This document shows positions 40,018 to 53,276 of a DNA stretch of 64,000 nt, one piece after another; position 1 is the stretch's first letter; each line of letters opens with the position of its first letter. Under the pieces are notes generated by a model, which saw only the letters and a program-made list of their open reading frames with translations, was not told the origin of the DNA and did no database searches. The stretch spans positions 190,781 through 254,780 of the forward strand of contig MNCI01002086.1 of NCBI GenBank assembly GCA_015680685.1, given 5' to 3'. Origin of the DNA: Gnetum montanum (Eukaryota; Plantae; Gnetophyta). Position numbers and translations under genes: made by a program.

Positions 40018-41761
40018 TGAAACACCACCAAATTCAGATAACAGCACTACAATGGCAAATTTTTCTAAGTGTTAACTCAAGGAAAAATTTTCTAAGTGTT
40101 TGGCCATGATCCCACTATTGGGGCTACACTCTAGAGTGTAACTAGCATAGCATGCAACACAACTAGATTTGAAAAAATCTTCTAAGTGTCAAATAATAGC
40201 TGCAAAAAATTTTCTAAGCGTCTTGCTATGCTCATGTCCCTTTTGCTACACTCTCTAGCATATCAAGTGTAGCAACACTCCAGTAGCCAATTTGCACATG
40301 TTAAGCCAAACATTAAGATACCTTAACATGGAAGAGGCATTTGGTATATTTTCTAACTCCTAAAGCTACCCCTCCTGCTATGCTCTTAAGTGTAGCTAGT
40401 GTAGTAAGAATAAGGACTACAATTTTTTGCAAATTTTTCTAAGTGTCCATGCTACATTTTTTCCCATACTACTATGCTCTCTATCATAGCAAGCATAGTA
40501 GTGTTGGACTTTAGTTTTTGCAAGAATTGCCTAGCTGCTGTGCTACACTCCAAAGTGTAGCTAGCATAGCAATAAGAAAATACCTCCAAAAGCTTCCAGA
40601 GCTTAGCACATTCCTTCATTCCATCTCTAACATTTCTTTGGCAAGTAGGATTAGCAACTTGTACTCTTTTTATACCTCCGCCTATGTCCCAAAATTATAC
40701 CTATGCTTAATCGCACTTGAAAGAGAGAAGAATGTAGTCTTGGAGTGTAGCCTCCAAATTTCACTATTTTGCACTATTTGCAAGTACATTGCAGTCTTAG
40801 TACATGCAATATTAGTAGCATAGCTAGTTTGGTAGTTTTCTAGGATCTAGTGGAGTGTATCAAAGGGTAGCACCAGTTGTCCCACTAGGAGCATAGTAGA
40901 GGTTAGCGTAGCCTCACCTACCCTTTGCCATGTGGCACTCAATCCACATTTCATGCTAACCCTAAGCCTATATATACCCAAACATTTCATGTTTTAGTGG
41001 TTGGTAACTCTTACATTCTGTTGACATTTCATTCTAGTAGTGGGCATTTAAAGCATTTGGCAAGCAAATCCAAGCAGTAGTTAGCACCTTAGAGCACCAT
41101 TGAGCACCCCATACACTGCAGCCTATCAACATCTAGATAACCCCTTTACATCCCACTCAGCACTACAGTGCACTACAAGTCCATAGGACACCATAGTAGC
41201 CAAGCTAGTAGGCACAGACCTTATAGTGGATGTTAGTATTCACCCTAGGACACCCCAAAGACTCTAGCTACACTACTATTATGCTTGTCTATAACATGGT
41301 GTACCTTTGTAAAGCTCATTTGTAATTGCTACACTCCCCATCTAGGGTGGTATCATCCTTTCTTTCTCTCAAACTCATTGCATTTCAAGCATTTTCTTTG
41401 TTGTATTTTAAGCATTTTATTTAACATTTAGCATTGCATTGGAATTTGTTTTGCTACTCTACATGCTTGTTGCACACTTGCATTCCCATTCTTGTGCCAT
41501 GTTATCCCTCTATGCTTAGGCTTAGTTAGCCTCGATAGTGCTGAGAACATCATCAACACTCACATTTTTGGCTAACCACACCACCCCCTAGTTGCACCCA
41601 CTAACTTGGTTGCAACCAACAAAATTCCTATTTGATCAAAAAGACCATCTAGGGCACTCCACCTCTATTTCCTAGCAAAGGCCCTTATGCAGAGGTGGAG
41701 TTGAGGCTGTGCACCCATGAACCCCTCCATGTTCTATCCATTGATGTTTTTGGTTACTACA
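40018..41761 (+). repeat. 5' LTR of element D
   Basis: TGAAACACCACC...TTACTACA; direct repeat of 48073-49833; TATA-like CCTATATATA at ~40967. Confidence 0.93.
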
Positions 41762-42044
41762 ATCTTTTGGTACTAAAAGTAGGGCCTTGCCATTTCTTTT
41801 TGCTTTTTTTGATTGTTGTCTTGCATGCTCTCTCCACCACTAGTTGGTGTAGATTGGACCCCATCATCGGTTCCCCTAGAACCCTGTTGGACAAAAGCTA
41901 AAGTTCATCTTTGGCACTTAACCAAAATTCTGAGTGCTCAAGAGAGCATAGCTAGCTCGTAGTGTATAGAGCATAGTTAGCTGCAGTGTAGTGAGTGTAG
42001 CACTAGAGTTAGCCATTTTCAACAACTTTCATAAATAGCATTTT

Positions 42045-42235
42045 TTTTTGCATTTCCATACTTAGAATTTTTTCTACATTTTCATACTTAGCCAAGTTTT
42101 CTATAGTTTTACACTTAGTCAATTTTTTGTAGTTTCCATACTTAGCCATTCTTTTGCATTTTTATACTTAGTCATTTTTCTGCTACCAGCAAACTTAGTC
42201 ATTTTTTCACAATTTTTAAAGTTAGCCAATTTTTG
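42045..42235 (+). repeat. ~28-bp tandem repeat (TTTCATACTTAGYCAWTTTT) in the 5' UTR of D
   Basis: About 6-7 units; the reverse-complement core CTAAGTG recurs in the LTR U3. Confidence 0.8.
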
Positions 42236-43099
42236 CAAATAGCAACTCTCACAACCTAATCTATGTACATGAATTTAGATCAACCTTCCATGTTAGTGTC
42301 TAACACATTTGACACCATGATCCATGAAAAGGGTGCTATGCTAAGCCATGAACAATACAATTTTATTTGTGCTAAAATCTAAGCAAGATTACTAGTGGAT
42401 TACCTTGACTTGGAGGCAAAACAAGACTACGAACGAGTCCACCAAGATAGATGATAGTACAACCCCTCCTTGTTCAACATAATCCCATTAATGAAGTCCT
42501 ACCATTAGCTATTATCCCAACTCATTCATGCAAATGAGCCTAATGTAAGGACAACCTACGAGGAAGCCTCACAAGATGAAGAAGATGAGTTCAAGGCCTA
42601 CTCTAAACATGAGAGCCCCCTTTACACTATTTTCCAACAACTGATGCCTAGTATGGCTCCTCAGTTTACTCCATCCATCCTATCCGAGATGGTGACCATG
42701 CTAATTCAACCTTCCTTGTAAGTGACTGCTGCATTTGCCCAATCCTATGCTCACGTAAGGGCCACCTCCCAACCTTAGATGATTCAGGCATCCCATGTCC
42801 CACTTATCTCATCAACGTCCATGGAATCTATCCAACCCACTTATGTGTGGTCCACCTTAGTCACCGCATCCATCCCTTAGCCAACACATCAACTAAACCT
42901 ATCTACTATGATGTTAAACTGGCAATGATTGTTTGCTACAACGTTAAACTAGTAAACTCTGCAATCAATAATCTGACCCTACGCCATGCAACCAACACTA
43001 GCCCAGCTAATGTAATTAGCTGGCACATCCCCAAGCTTGGATCAGGTATTCTAGCTAATCCAAAGTTTGATAGAGGAGATCAATTGACTCAAAGCTTCC

Positions 43100-44160
43100 T
43101 CCTTTGAAATTGTTAAGGTGATGAACTTCTACTAGGATGACCCCATAACTCCCACAATTCCACCCCTCACTCCTCCAACTAGGGCCTAGTTGCCTCAACT
43201 CACCAAGTACAATGGTAAAGGGGACCCCAACGCACACTTGGTCACATTTTGATCCAAGTGCATGCTCCTTCAAGCTTGGCCACATGCCATCATGTGTGTG
43301 TTCCCCATGTCACTCACTGGAAATGCCTTAGAATGGTATCATGTGCTATCCAAGGCCTCAATCTCTTCTTTGGAAGATCTCATAAGCCAGTTTGTGACAT
43401 GCTTCAGGTACAACCTAAAACTTGAAGCAACATTTGACCAACTCATGTAAGTCAAGTAGGGGTTCCTAGAGCCCATGCCAAAATTCTTCCAACGCTGGAA
43501 CACCACATTGAGTGAAATGCGTGAATCATTAGTAGAGATGAAACTACTAGCCATCTTCAAGGGTGCAGTGAATGAGTTCATCAAGTTCAAACTATATTAC
43601 TTGGCCTCGAAGTCTCTTAGCCAAGCCTTTGCCCAAACAAAAGGCATAGAAGAGGCAGCACAAGCTAGTAATGATTCAGCCTATGTGGCCTACAAAAACC
43701 AACATGCACACAAGAAAAAACACAATAGTGGAAATAATGGTCGTAAGCACAAAAGAAACCAATTAGGGCCCAAAGGCTAATTAGCCTAAGGCCCTAGCTC
43801 ACAAATCTACCAACTCTGGCACCAACTCACTTACATCAACAAGGGTTGCCCCAAGGCCTAACTTTGACACAAGGATCACTCAAAGTATACACTGCTACTA
43901 ATGGAACCCTCTAAACTACTAGAGAAACTCTTGAAAGCTGGGTGAATCTAACATAAATACATATCGAAGATTGCCCACCAAAAACATGATAGGTATTGTG
44001 AGCTACTAAGGAACCCCACCTTAGTAGTACCAAAGAAGCCCCTGATCCCACAACACTCCAAGCTAGACCAATACTATCATTACCACCAATTGTCTGGTCA
44101 TAGTACAAACAACTATCGTGCTTTGTAGGATGACTTGCAAAGAATAATAGAATAGGGCCA
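43100..44160 (+). pseudogene. Element D gag
   Basis: KYNGKGDP; FPMSLTGNALEWY...FRYNLKLEATFDQLM; ORF 43475-43780; homologous to the gag of C. Confidence 0.85.
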
Positions 44161-45112
44161 ACTGGTACTCAATGCAATAAGCTAGTCCAATCTAGATGAT
44201 GCCCCCTACATCATCAACTCCATCAACATAGGTGGCAAGTCTAAACCTTCATAACAACCTTTTGTGATCTATGTGCCTCCTAGTAAGGCAAGGATCCCCT
44301 CAGCCTCCACAAGTAAGAGGCCCCCCTTTGTTATCAAAGTGCCACCTTAGGCAGCCACAACACCCTTTGTGGTCAAGGTCCCATAGCAATTTTCCAATAA
44401 GACATTAAACTGGCAACCAAACCAACCGTTCACTAAGATGCTAAACTAGCATGATGTAGCAACAAAAACTACTAAGATAATGAGTTGGTCCCACAACAAC
44501 TCCTAAGCCACCATTTGTCATAAGGGTATCACAATGTGATGGCCCCTCACCTACCTAAATCCCAATAGTGGGTAATGTCTTAGTCCCTCCTTCTTCAAGG
44601 GTTGACCTCACTAGCAACCAGGGTAGGCCTACCAAATGGTAATGCAAGATGATAAACAAGCACCTCGTAGCCTCCATGGCTAAATCAAAGGCCATAACTA
44701 GCAAGCAACAACCGAACACTAAGGCCCTTGACCCTAAGCAAGCCAAGAAACCCAAGCCTAAGTCCCCTCCATGAGAGATTCGTCTCTCAAGCCACATGGA
44801 GGAAGTCAAGGCCAACAAAAAGGTCAATGACAAGGATTTTGTAGCTGCACTAATCCAAATGAAACAAAATCTCAAGAAAAAGAATACAACATTGAGCTTG
44901 TATGACCTAGTCATGACCTCATCTACTCACTGTCAAGCATTGTCCTAGATGTTCGCCTTCATTCCTATTATGGAGGACATCCTTGCAGATGAGAACATCA
45001 TCCATGCAATGATGTTACCCTTGCATCATAGGAATTGGGTTCAACATCCCTAGTGTTTCACAACGATGCAATCAAGGTCAACCCCAAATGAGGCGAGGTC
45101 ACTATAGATCCA

Positions 45113-45514
45113 TTGTCAATTAGCATACATGTTGGGCAATGCACCATCTGTAGAGTGCATGTTAATGATGGTGTAGTAACAAATGTAGTTCTGTACTCCA
45201 TCATTGACAAGCTAGGCTTGGCAGACAAAATCAAGCCAACCAAAATCATGTTTCTAAAATCCTTCAATAGACCATGCATCACTATCAAGGGTACAATCAA
45301 CTTAGCCTTCATAGTAGGAAAGCGATTCTCCACTAGTAAATATTTTACTATCATAGAGGATATGCTAGGCTTCAACTTGATCCTGGGCAGCCCTTGGCTA
45401 GCCCAACTATGGGTCATCTCCTCTCTCATTCATCAAGGAATCCACCTTCCATACAAAGGTGGTCAAGTTATCATCCATGGTGATAACATCCCCCTCCAAC
45501 TACCCACAACATAG
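45113..45514 (+). pseudogene. Element D aspartic protease
   Basis: RVHVNDGVVTNVV...FNLILGSPWL...IHLPYKGGQVIIHGDN. Confidence 0.8.
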
Positions 45515-45924
45515 ACATGGAGTAAGTGTTGGAGGTGGAGTTTCTTGATGGTACACTTGTGGCAACCAATGCAACACATAAGGCTAACACACTTGAATGA
45601 GTGGTTGAAGCCAATAGCATCCTAGAGAATCCTAAGCCTTGCGCACCCCTTGATCCATGCTCGGTTAGGAAGCAGCTACGTGACTAAGACTTTCCCTTGG
45701 CCAAAAACACACTAAGTGCCTACATACCCCTTGCCTCCATGGGCCATGCATTTTTTATTTTTTCTTGCATTGCATTTGTTCATGCATTTACATTTCACTT
45801 GCTTACCTAGTTTACACATTGCTTTTCTTTGTTTACACATCCATCCACTTAGCTTACGCATTGCATTTAAAAAACATCAAAAACACATAAAAATAAAAAA
45901 AATCATAAAACTACAAAAACACAT

Positions 45925-46040
45925 GGCCCGAAATGGCCTTAAACTATTGCTGTGGGCCAAAATGGTCTTAAACTAGTGCACATGGCCTAAAATGGATTTA
46001 AACTATCACTATAGCCCAAAATGGCCCTAAACTATCACTT
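45925..46040 (+). repeat. ~29-bp tandem repeat x4 (GGCCYAAAATGGCCTTAAACTA)
   Basis: Read directly from the sequence. Confidence 0.85.
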
Positions 46041-46197
46041 CTCACATTGCCTTCCTTTCATTTGTGCATTTTAACTTTGTTACATAGTTACTGCTTGATG
46101 TTGTTTTTCTAGTTGATTTTTGTAGGATCTTGTAGGCACATAGCATGACTATGCATGTAGCATCACACCTCACACAAGCAGGGCAAGCATCTATTTG

Positions 46198-46445
46198 ATA
46201 TTATGTTAAACTAGCACTACAAGTCTTTTATGACTTTAAACTAGCACAACTCGTATTTGGGCTATGATGTTAAACTGGCATCCACAACATAGTCTTCTAT
46301 GACTATAAACTAGCATAGTTCATCCTTGTGTCATGAAGTTAAACTAGCACAACATCCATCATCCACTAAAATGTTAAACTAGCACATAATAATCTGCTAG
46401 GACTAAAAACTAGCACATCAAAGTTTACTAGGACCTTAAACTAGG
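46198..46445 (+). repeat. Array of 8 conserved ~19-nt motifs (CTAYGAYNTTAAACTRGCAC) with variable spacers
   Basis: AAACTRG cores at 46208, 46238, 46272, 46307, 46341, 46376, 46407 and 46438; period 30-35 nt. Confidence 0.85.
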
Positions 46446-48072
46446 TTTGTAGTTTAGCATGCATGGCTCAACATCCATAGGTCTGCAAACAAGTGAGCAT
46501 GAATACTTTCCATCCTCCATCATCTACTCACATATCAATGGGCCAAGTGGGGTGGGGCATTGTAGTTCCAAAATGGAGTTCACATGATCAAGATAAAGCC
46601 TTTGGAACACTTGTAGCGTCATTGCCCTTAGCATTTTGCTGATCTTCTAGAAATTCCCTTGGGCATTTTACTGACCTTTTAGAGCTATTTCCACCATCCC
46701 TAGTAGTACTACCCCTAGGCTATGCCAATAGCATCATCATCCTTGGGTGTTTCATCAGTGGTTGGGGCTCTCATTGTTAGCACCACTTGCTGATGTCCCA
46801 ACAGTATTGTGGCCCAGCCATTGCACTGCCATCCTCCAGCCCTCATCATTACTTGGGCTTGGAAGTGCATCCAAAACTGTGGCTCCCCATTGTCCTACTA
46901 GATTTCTAAGCTCTTTTCCTTGGTGTGGAGTCTTGATCACCTTCATTGTCATCACCTTTGGCCATCTCATTGGCCTCCCTTGGGTGCTCACTTTTGGTGT
47001 GGCTGTTGGAGCTTTTATAGCCTTCTAGCTTTGGCATCTGCACTAGCCTTCTAACTTTGTAATTGTAAGCTCTTGCAATTTTTCTAGCACTTGTGGCACT
47101 TGTAGAACTTTGCAACCAATAGTTTGCTTTTATCTCTCATGTTGTGTGGTGGTTCTCTTGTTTCCTTTACATTGTGTTTATAAGATGAAGTCCTAGAGGT
47201 GGTCATTCAAAGGCATGGTTTATCGTAGCAGTAAGGCACCACATTGCTTTGATGTGCTTGGTTGGACTCACCAAGTTGATCAAGAGTGCACATCCCTATC
47301 CTTGCTATAACCCACTCATAGTTACCTTTTCTACCTTATCTTTCTCTACCTTCCTTGCAAGATTCTTCGATGCACATGGTGCCCTCTTTCAATTGACCAC
47401 AGAACCCATGATAGACATAATGCAACTCATTCCATGGAGAGCCTTTGTGGGCTAGTCAAAGCCTAAGTGGATGTAACACAAGTCATCTTGGGGAGGAAAA
47501 ACCTATCTTACAGATGTGACATGGTTTCCTCTAAGTAAAGTCCATTAAGTGGCACATAGTCAACTTGATGATAAGCATCTTGCAATTAGCATTTCATAAA
47601 AAAAGATGGGATAAAACATATCCCCAAGAAAAATCTAGCAAAGTTGTAATTTTACAAACAGTCCAACCTTGAATTCGAAATAGCCTTTTCATAAGCACTT
47701 CAATAAGAGGCCAACATGTCAAGGATAAGCCACTTTGGTGCCATGGGTAATGGCTCTCTCACAAGCACTCTGACAAGAGGCCATTGTTTGATGACAAGCG
47801 ACCCTGGTGCCATGATCATCATCAACCATGCTAACTCCACATCTTGCAACATGATACATCATTTGCATGTCATCCCTCCCTTACTATCTCTAAGCCAATT
47901 CCCTACACCAATTACCTATAGCATACCATTTCCCTTAGCACTCTTGAGCCTAACGAAGCATCATCTAATTAGGTACTGATGAGCAATGTTGGTGGTGTGT
48001 CTGCTATGGTGTTTTGGGTTCTTTGTTAATGTCTCTTGAGTGACTCCTCCAAACATTGACAAAGAGGACCAA

Positions 48073-49833
48073 AGAAACACCACCAAATTTAAGCAACAAC
48101 ATTGTAATGGAAAATTTTTCTAAATGTCAACTCAAGGAAAATTTTTCTAAGTGTTTGACCCATGATCCCACTACTGGGGCTATGCTCTAGAGCATAGCCA
48201 GCATAGCATGCAACACAAGTAAATTTGCAAGATTTTCTAAGTGTCAAATAATAGCCACAAAAATGTTTCTAAGTGTCTTACTACGCTCACATCCCTCTTG
48301 CTACACTTTCTAGCATAATAAGTATAGCACCATTCTAATGGCTAGTTTGCACGTGTCAAGCCAAAAGTTGTCAAGCTACCTCAACATGGAAGATGCATTT
48401 AGCAAATTTTCTAACTCCTGAAGCTATCCCTCCTGGTATGATCTCAAGCATAGTTGGCATAGCAAGAGCAAGGACTACAATTTTTGCTAGATTTTTCTAA
48501 GTGTCTATGCTACGCTCTATCCCATCCTGCTATGCTCTCTAGTGTAGCAAGTGTAGCAGCATTGGACTTAGTTTTTGCAAGAATTTCCTAACCATTGTGC
48601 TATGCTCCAAAGCGTAGCTAGTGTAGCAATAAGAAACCACCTCCAAAAGCTTCTAGAGCTTAACATAGACCTTCATTCTAGCTCTAGCACTCCTCTAGCA
48701 AGTAGGATCAGCAACTAGGACTCTTTTTGTACCTTCCCCTATGTCCCAAAATTGTACCTACACTCAATCCCACTCGAAAGAGGGGAGAACATAGTCCAAA
48801 AGAATAGCCTCAAAATTGCACTATTTTGCACTATTTGTAGGTACATTGCAATCTTGGTACATGCAATCTTAGCATCCTAGCTAGTTTGGTAGTCTCTTGG
48901 GGTCCAATGGAGCATATCAAAGCATAGCACCAGTTGTCCCACTAGGAGCATAATAGAGGTCAATGCAGCCCCACCTACCTTTTACCACGTGGCACTCAAT
49001 CCAAACTTCAGGCTAATCCTAAGCCTATAAATACCCCAGAATTTCACATTTTAGTGGTTGTCAACTCTTACATTTGATTGGAATTTCATTCTAGCAATGA
49101 GCATTTCAAGCATTTGGTAAGCAAATCTAGGTAGCAATTAGCACCTCAGAGCACCATTTGGCACCCAAAGCACCTTAAGCACCCATACATTGGAGCATAT
49201 TAGCATCCTCGCAAGCCCTTTGCATCCTACTCAAGACTACAGGTAGCCAACCTAGCAAGCACAGACCTTGTAGTGGACGTTAGTCTTCATCTTGAGACAC
49301 CCTGAAGACTTTGGTTACGTTGCTACTATGCCTATCTCTACCACTATGTTCTTCCACAAAGCTCATTTGTAATTACTATGCTCCCCATCCAAGGTCATCT
49401 CATCCTTTCTTTCTCCTAAACTCCTTGCATTTTAAGCATTTTCTTCATTACATTTTAAGAATTTTCTTTAACATTCAGCAACACATTTGCACTTTTTTTG
49501 CTATTTTACATGCTTTTTGCACACTTGCACCACTATTCTTGTGTTGCAAGATCCCACTATGTTCAAGCTTGGTTGGCCTTAGTACTGTTGAGAACACCAT
49601 TAGTGCTTGTGTTTTTGACTAACCATGCCATAACCCCCACGCCCTGCCCCCCCCCCCCTTCGGTTGCACCCAATACCCTAGTTGCAACTGATGAAGTTCC
49701 TATTTGATCGACAAGATCGTCTATGGCACTCTGCCTCCATTTCCTAGCAAAGGTTCTTGCACAAAGGTGGGGCCAAGGTTGTGCACTTGTGAACCCCTCA
49801 GCATTCTAGCCACTAATGCTTTCAATTACTACA
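48073..49833 (+). repeat. 3' LTR of element D
   Basis: AGAAACACCACC (T>A at the first base)...TTACTACA. Confidence 0.93.
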
Positions 49834-50879
49834 ATGAGGGCTTAGTAGTGCTATTGGGTCAAAAAAGTGATCTTTTATAAGCATGAGGTTTCGAACCACT
49901 TGGTTGATTAACTGATTTTAGATTGATATCCCTAGTAGCATTGCATTGCTGTGGCTAGGTTGGAAGTTCACCATGCATGGATGGAGCAAGTAATAGCTGC
50001 ATTGATAGTAGAGAAACAAGTGTAAGAATAAAAGGCAAATAAGGATGGAATGTGGTATCTCTCTTGGAATGTGGAGAATGAGTTCTATAGTATTCAAGAG
50101 GATAGTGGTGATGTTGGAAAGGAGAAACATGATTGGAAGAGTCATGTGGATACAAGGGTTGCTAAACATAATACCCATATGGATCTAGTTATCTGTAAGG
50201 GTACTACTATCTTGGTGGTGGCATCCCTCATGATTGTGGGTGTTTCCACTACTGGCATTGCTTGCACGGTTGTGGTGGAGTTCCATTTGGATAATATTGT
50301 TGTTGCTAATGGAACTGCCTAGGATTACCTTGAGGATATGGCAATCTTCTAAGTTTTTGTCTTTTTTCTAGTCATGGATTTAGAGCATACATCCCAAACT
50401 CCTATAAGTGTGACATTATGGAAAAAAATCCCTTAGGATGTTCATATTGGTAGATGTCACATCCACCATCAACATCTAATTTAGTTTCCACAACTTCCTC
50501 TATTGTAGAAATCTTGTCCTTACCCCTTTCATTAGCACATTTAGCTTTCTTTCACCTCTTGTGGTCATGATTACTACTTTGTTCTTTGGACTCTTTAACA
50601 ATTTTTAGAATAGCTTGAAATATGCTATCCATAGAGTCCCACAACTAATCTCCCTTAGCTAATATTTTAGAGGTAAATTTTTGAATCAGCAAGGCTTTCT
50701 GATTCACCACCTCATGAAGTGATGATTCCTACTCATTGTTAGAAAATTGGACCTCTCTCTTATGAATGGAAGGATATCAATTGTATTCTTCTATACTTTC
50801 ATGTTTTCTTAACTCTCTTTCTTCTTTTGCTACCTACCCAATCAATCTTTATATTTAATGGACTCTTAACTTAGATAGT

Positions 50880-51380
50880 CTTCCTTGGGCGTAGATCCCA
50901 AGAGTTCTTCTCATTTCAAAACAAAGTCCATCTATAATATGGTGAAGTTGTTCCTATTGAGAGTAATCATGGCTAGGGCATTAGTGTAATAAGGAATAAT
51001 ATCTACCCATGGTAGCATCCAAGGACTCATGTGTTCCTTGATTTTATTCTTGGATTTACCTTCTTAGATTGGACACTCAAGAGTACATTTGATACTTGTC
51101 GTTGAATAGTTTGAGCATCATACTCCATCTACGAATTGATTTTGACTCCAAGGATTGGTACCAACTTTCTTATTCTTTGATGAGTGTTCTGAGAAATAAC
51201 TTAAGCTTTTGCTAGTCATTTTCTACATTTTGTAAGTCACAAGCATTGTGAAAATCCTAAAGATGGTTTTCTGGATTGGAGTTATAATCCCCCTCAATTT
51301 TGGAAATTTTGTTTAAATCCAATCTTTTGATCCTGCTATCTTTCACATGCCTTGTTGGAATTCTCATTGCCTCTGCAATG
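50880..51380 (-). pseudogene. Element B gag capsid domain
   Basis: KLKLFLRTLIKE*ESWYQSL...SIRRWSMML; homologous to 6400-6900. Confidence 0.8.
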
Positions 51381-52414
51381 TATAGCATGCTTTGGGTGAT
51401 GAGCAAAGACTCATCATAGCCATAACCTTGGTGCCTACAATGCCCTCTACTACTCCTTCATTTATGGTGACAAGCCTATCTTGAATGTTGGTGCCCTAGA
51501 TCTTGACTTTCTCAATGGTCCCTATAATCATCTTAGTCCTATTGATTACCTCCATCATGATTGTGTCCCCTGTAGTTACATTCAGAGCTAGAAGAGGAAG
51601 AAGATGATGATGAAGGTGAAGATGAAGGAGGATGAGTACCATCATGGTGCCTACCACCCCCTCTTCAGTGGTCACAACCACAATCATGATCACACTACTT
51701 ACCCACATCATTACCAAGAATCTCCTCTTTAGATCCCCCTTTTTCATGGGATCCATTCTTGCTAGAACTAGGATTATGTATTGTGGATTGCAATTTTTGG
51801 TTTTGACCTCCTTCACCGAAGTTAAAAAGAGGAGTCTCTCTATATGAAAAACTCTTAGAGAATGGTTTTCCATCATCTTTTTGGTACATTAGGAATGGGG
51901 AATCATTAGACCACTTCCCCTTCATAGACTCATAATGCTACTCTAATTATTGATCTCTCAAATGTTGTGCATTAATGGGATGATAATCCTTGACATCACT
52001 ATCTTGCACAACATATTTAACATGAAGCCCTTGGATGCCCAACCACATAAGTGCTTCGTGGAGCATCATAGGAATGGATCAATTGGGCAGCAACATAATG
52101 TTTACCCTCGATGTTTCACCATTATAATTATTCATCTTGGTGTAGGAAAAAGGTGAAATTGGATACATACTCATCAAGATGATCATATATCACTCTATAT
52201 TGCTATTGCACCTATTGATTTAATTTTTCATACTTGGATGGAGAATCACTCCTATGAGAAGAAGACATCTCATATTAGAAAACAAGAAATGCAACATGTT
52301 TTCTTATAATTTTTGTAGTTATTTTCATGTATGAGATGACTTTAGAATTCATTCCAATGATGTTAAATAATTTTATTTACTAGAATCTAGATAGCACACG
52401 TAACAAACTAAAGG

Positions 52415-52432
52415 TCCTTGGCAACGATGCCA
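52415..52432 (-). promoter_or_regulatory. Normal 18-nt tRNA-Asp PBS of element B
   Basis: Reverse complement TGGCATCGTTGCCAAGGA, adjacent to the LTR at 52434. Confidence 0.88.
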
Positions 52433-52433
52433 A

Positions 52434-53214
52434 TGATGAGCGGTGAGTATACCCTATGCCAGACTATATGAATTACAAGCATTCATGTGTAATCTAGTTA
52501 AATTCTATAGGCCTTAAGTTCCTAAGTATGTTGGTTCTAGGAAGTGAAATCTAATCATGATGATCATTGTCTTTCCAACTACACTTGTGAAGATTAGTTG
52601 TATGGTTAAGTGTAATTGGGGCACATGATTTTTATTATTTTATATTTTATGCACCTGCGATTGATAACAAGCTGAAACTCAATTTATTAACCAATTTAAC
52701 TAATATGATTACTAATTAATAACTAACTATCCTAACATAAGCATTCAATCCCACTTTTTGTACACATCCTAAATGCATACAACAATGCTAGGCTACCAAG
52801 CGTTAAGTGCTACTGGAATTACCAAGCGCTACATGTTATGCATGAAGTGGTCATACTTATGTGTTTAATCTATTTAGCTTAATTAACTAATTAACTAAAG
52901 TCTCACTTATCTTAATTAATCACGTAATTAATGAAAATGATAAATGCAATAATAAATCATTAATCTATTTCAAGTGCTGCAAGGTTTGATAAAAAGGCTT
53001 GTCTTTATTCTTGTTCACATTGGTGTGCTCAGGTACATTAATGTTTGAATAAAGATATGTACACTTTTTGACTCCTACTACTAGCACTTAAAAAAATATT
53101 CTAGATTTCAAATGACAAGAATACAAGAGCTTTACTATAAATTTGATGAGACATGCCCTAAACATGGTAGATGAATGCCTATTTATAGACTTTATTGTGT
53201 AGTTACATCGATAG
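52434..53214 (-). repeat. Inner 5' LTR of B, missing ~100 bp of distal U3
   Basis: Colinear with 53277-~54055; ends ~25 nt upstream of the TATA box. Confidence 0.9.
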
Positions 53215-53275
53215 GTGATGAGTATTCCTACCTATCATGCAAGTGACCTGGGTTTGATTCCCAGCAACGGTGCCA
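53215..53275 (+). pseudogene. 5'-truncated reverse-transcribed copy of mature tRNA-Asp(GUC), including CCA
   Basis: GTGATGAGTATTCCTACCTATCATGCAAGTGACCTGGGTTTGATTCCCAGCAACGGTGCCA aligns without gaps to plant cytosolic tRNA-Asp as recalled from memory. The ~11 differences are all C>T or G>A. Confidence 0.9.
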
Positions 53276-53276
53276 A

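Larger units (their letters stand above)
40018..49833 (+). mobile_element. Non-autonomous Tat/Ogre-like LTR retrotransposon (element D), relative of C, nested in B
   Basis: LTRs 40018-41761 and 48073-49833; TSD GTGAG/ATGAG (one transition); PPT AAAGAGGACCAA; gag and PR only. Confidence 0.92.

Noticed and set aside
46198-46445. CRISPR array
   Set aside because: Eukaryotic TE context, degenerate repeats, spacers only 10-15 nt, and no cas genes.
53215-53275. Functional tRNA gene
   Set aside because: Lacks the 5' acceptor strand, has encoded CCA, a mutated anticodon and T loop, and no poly-T terminator.
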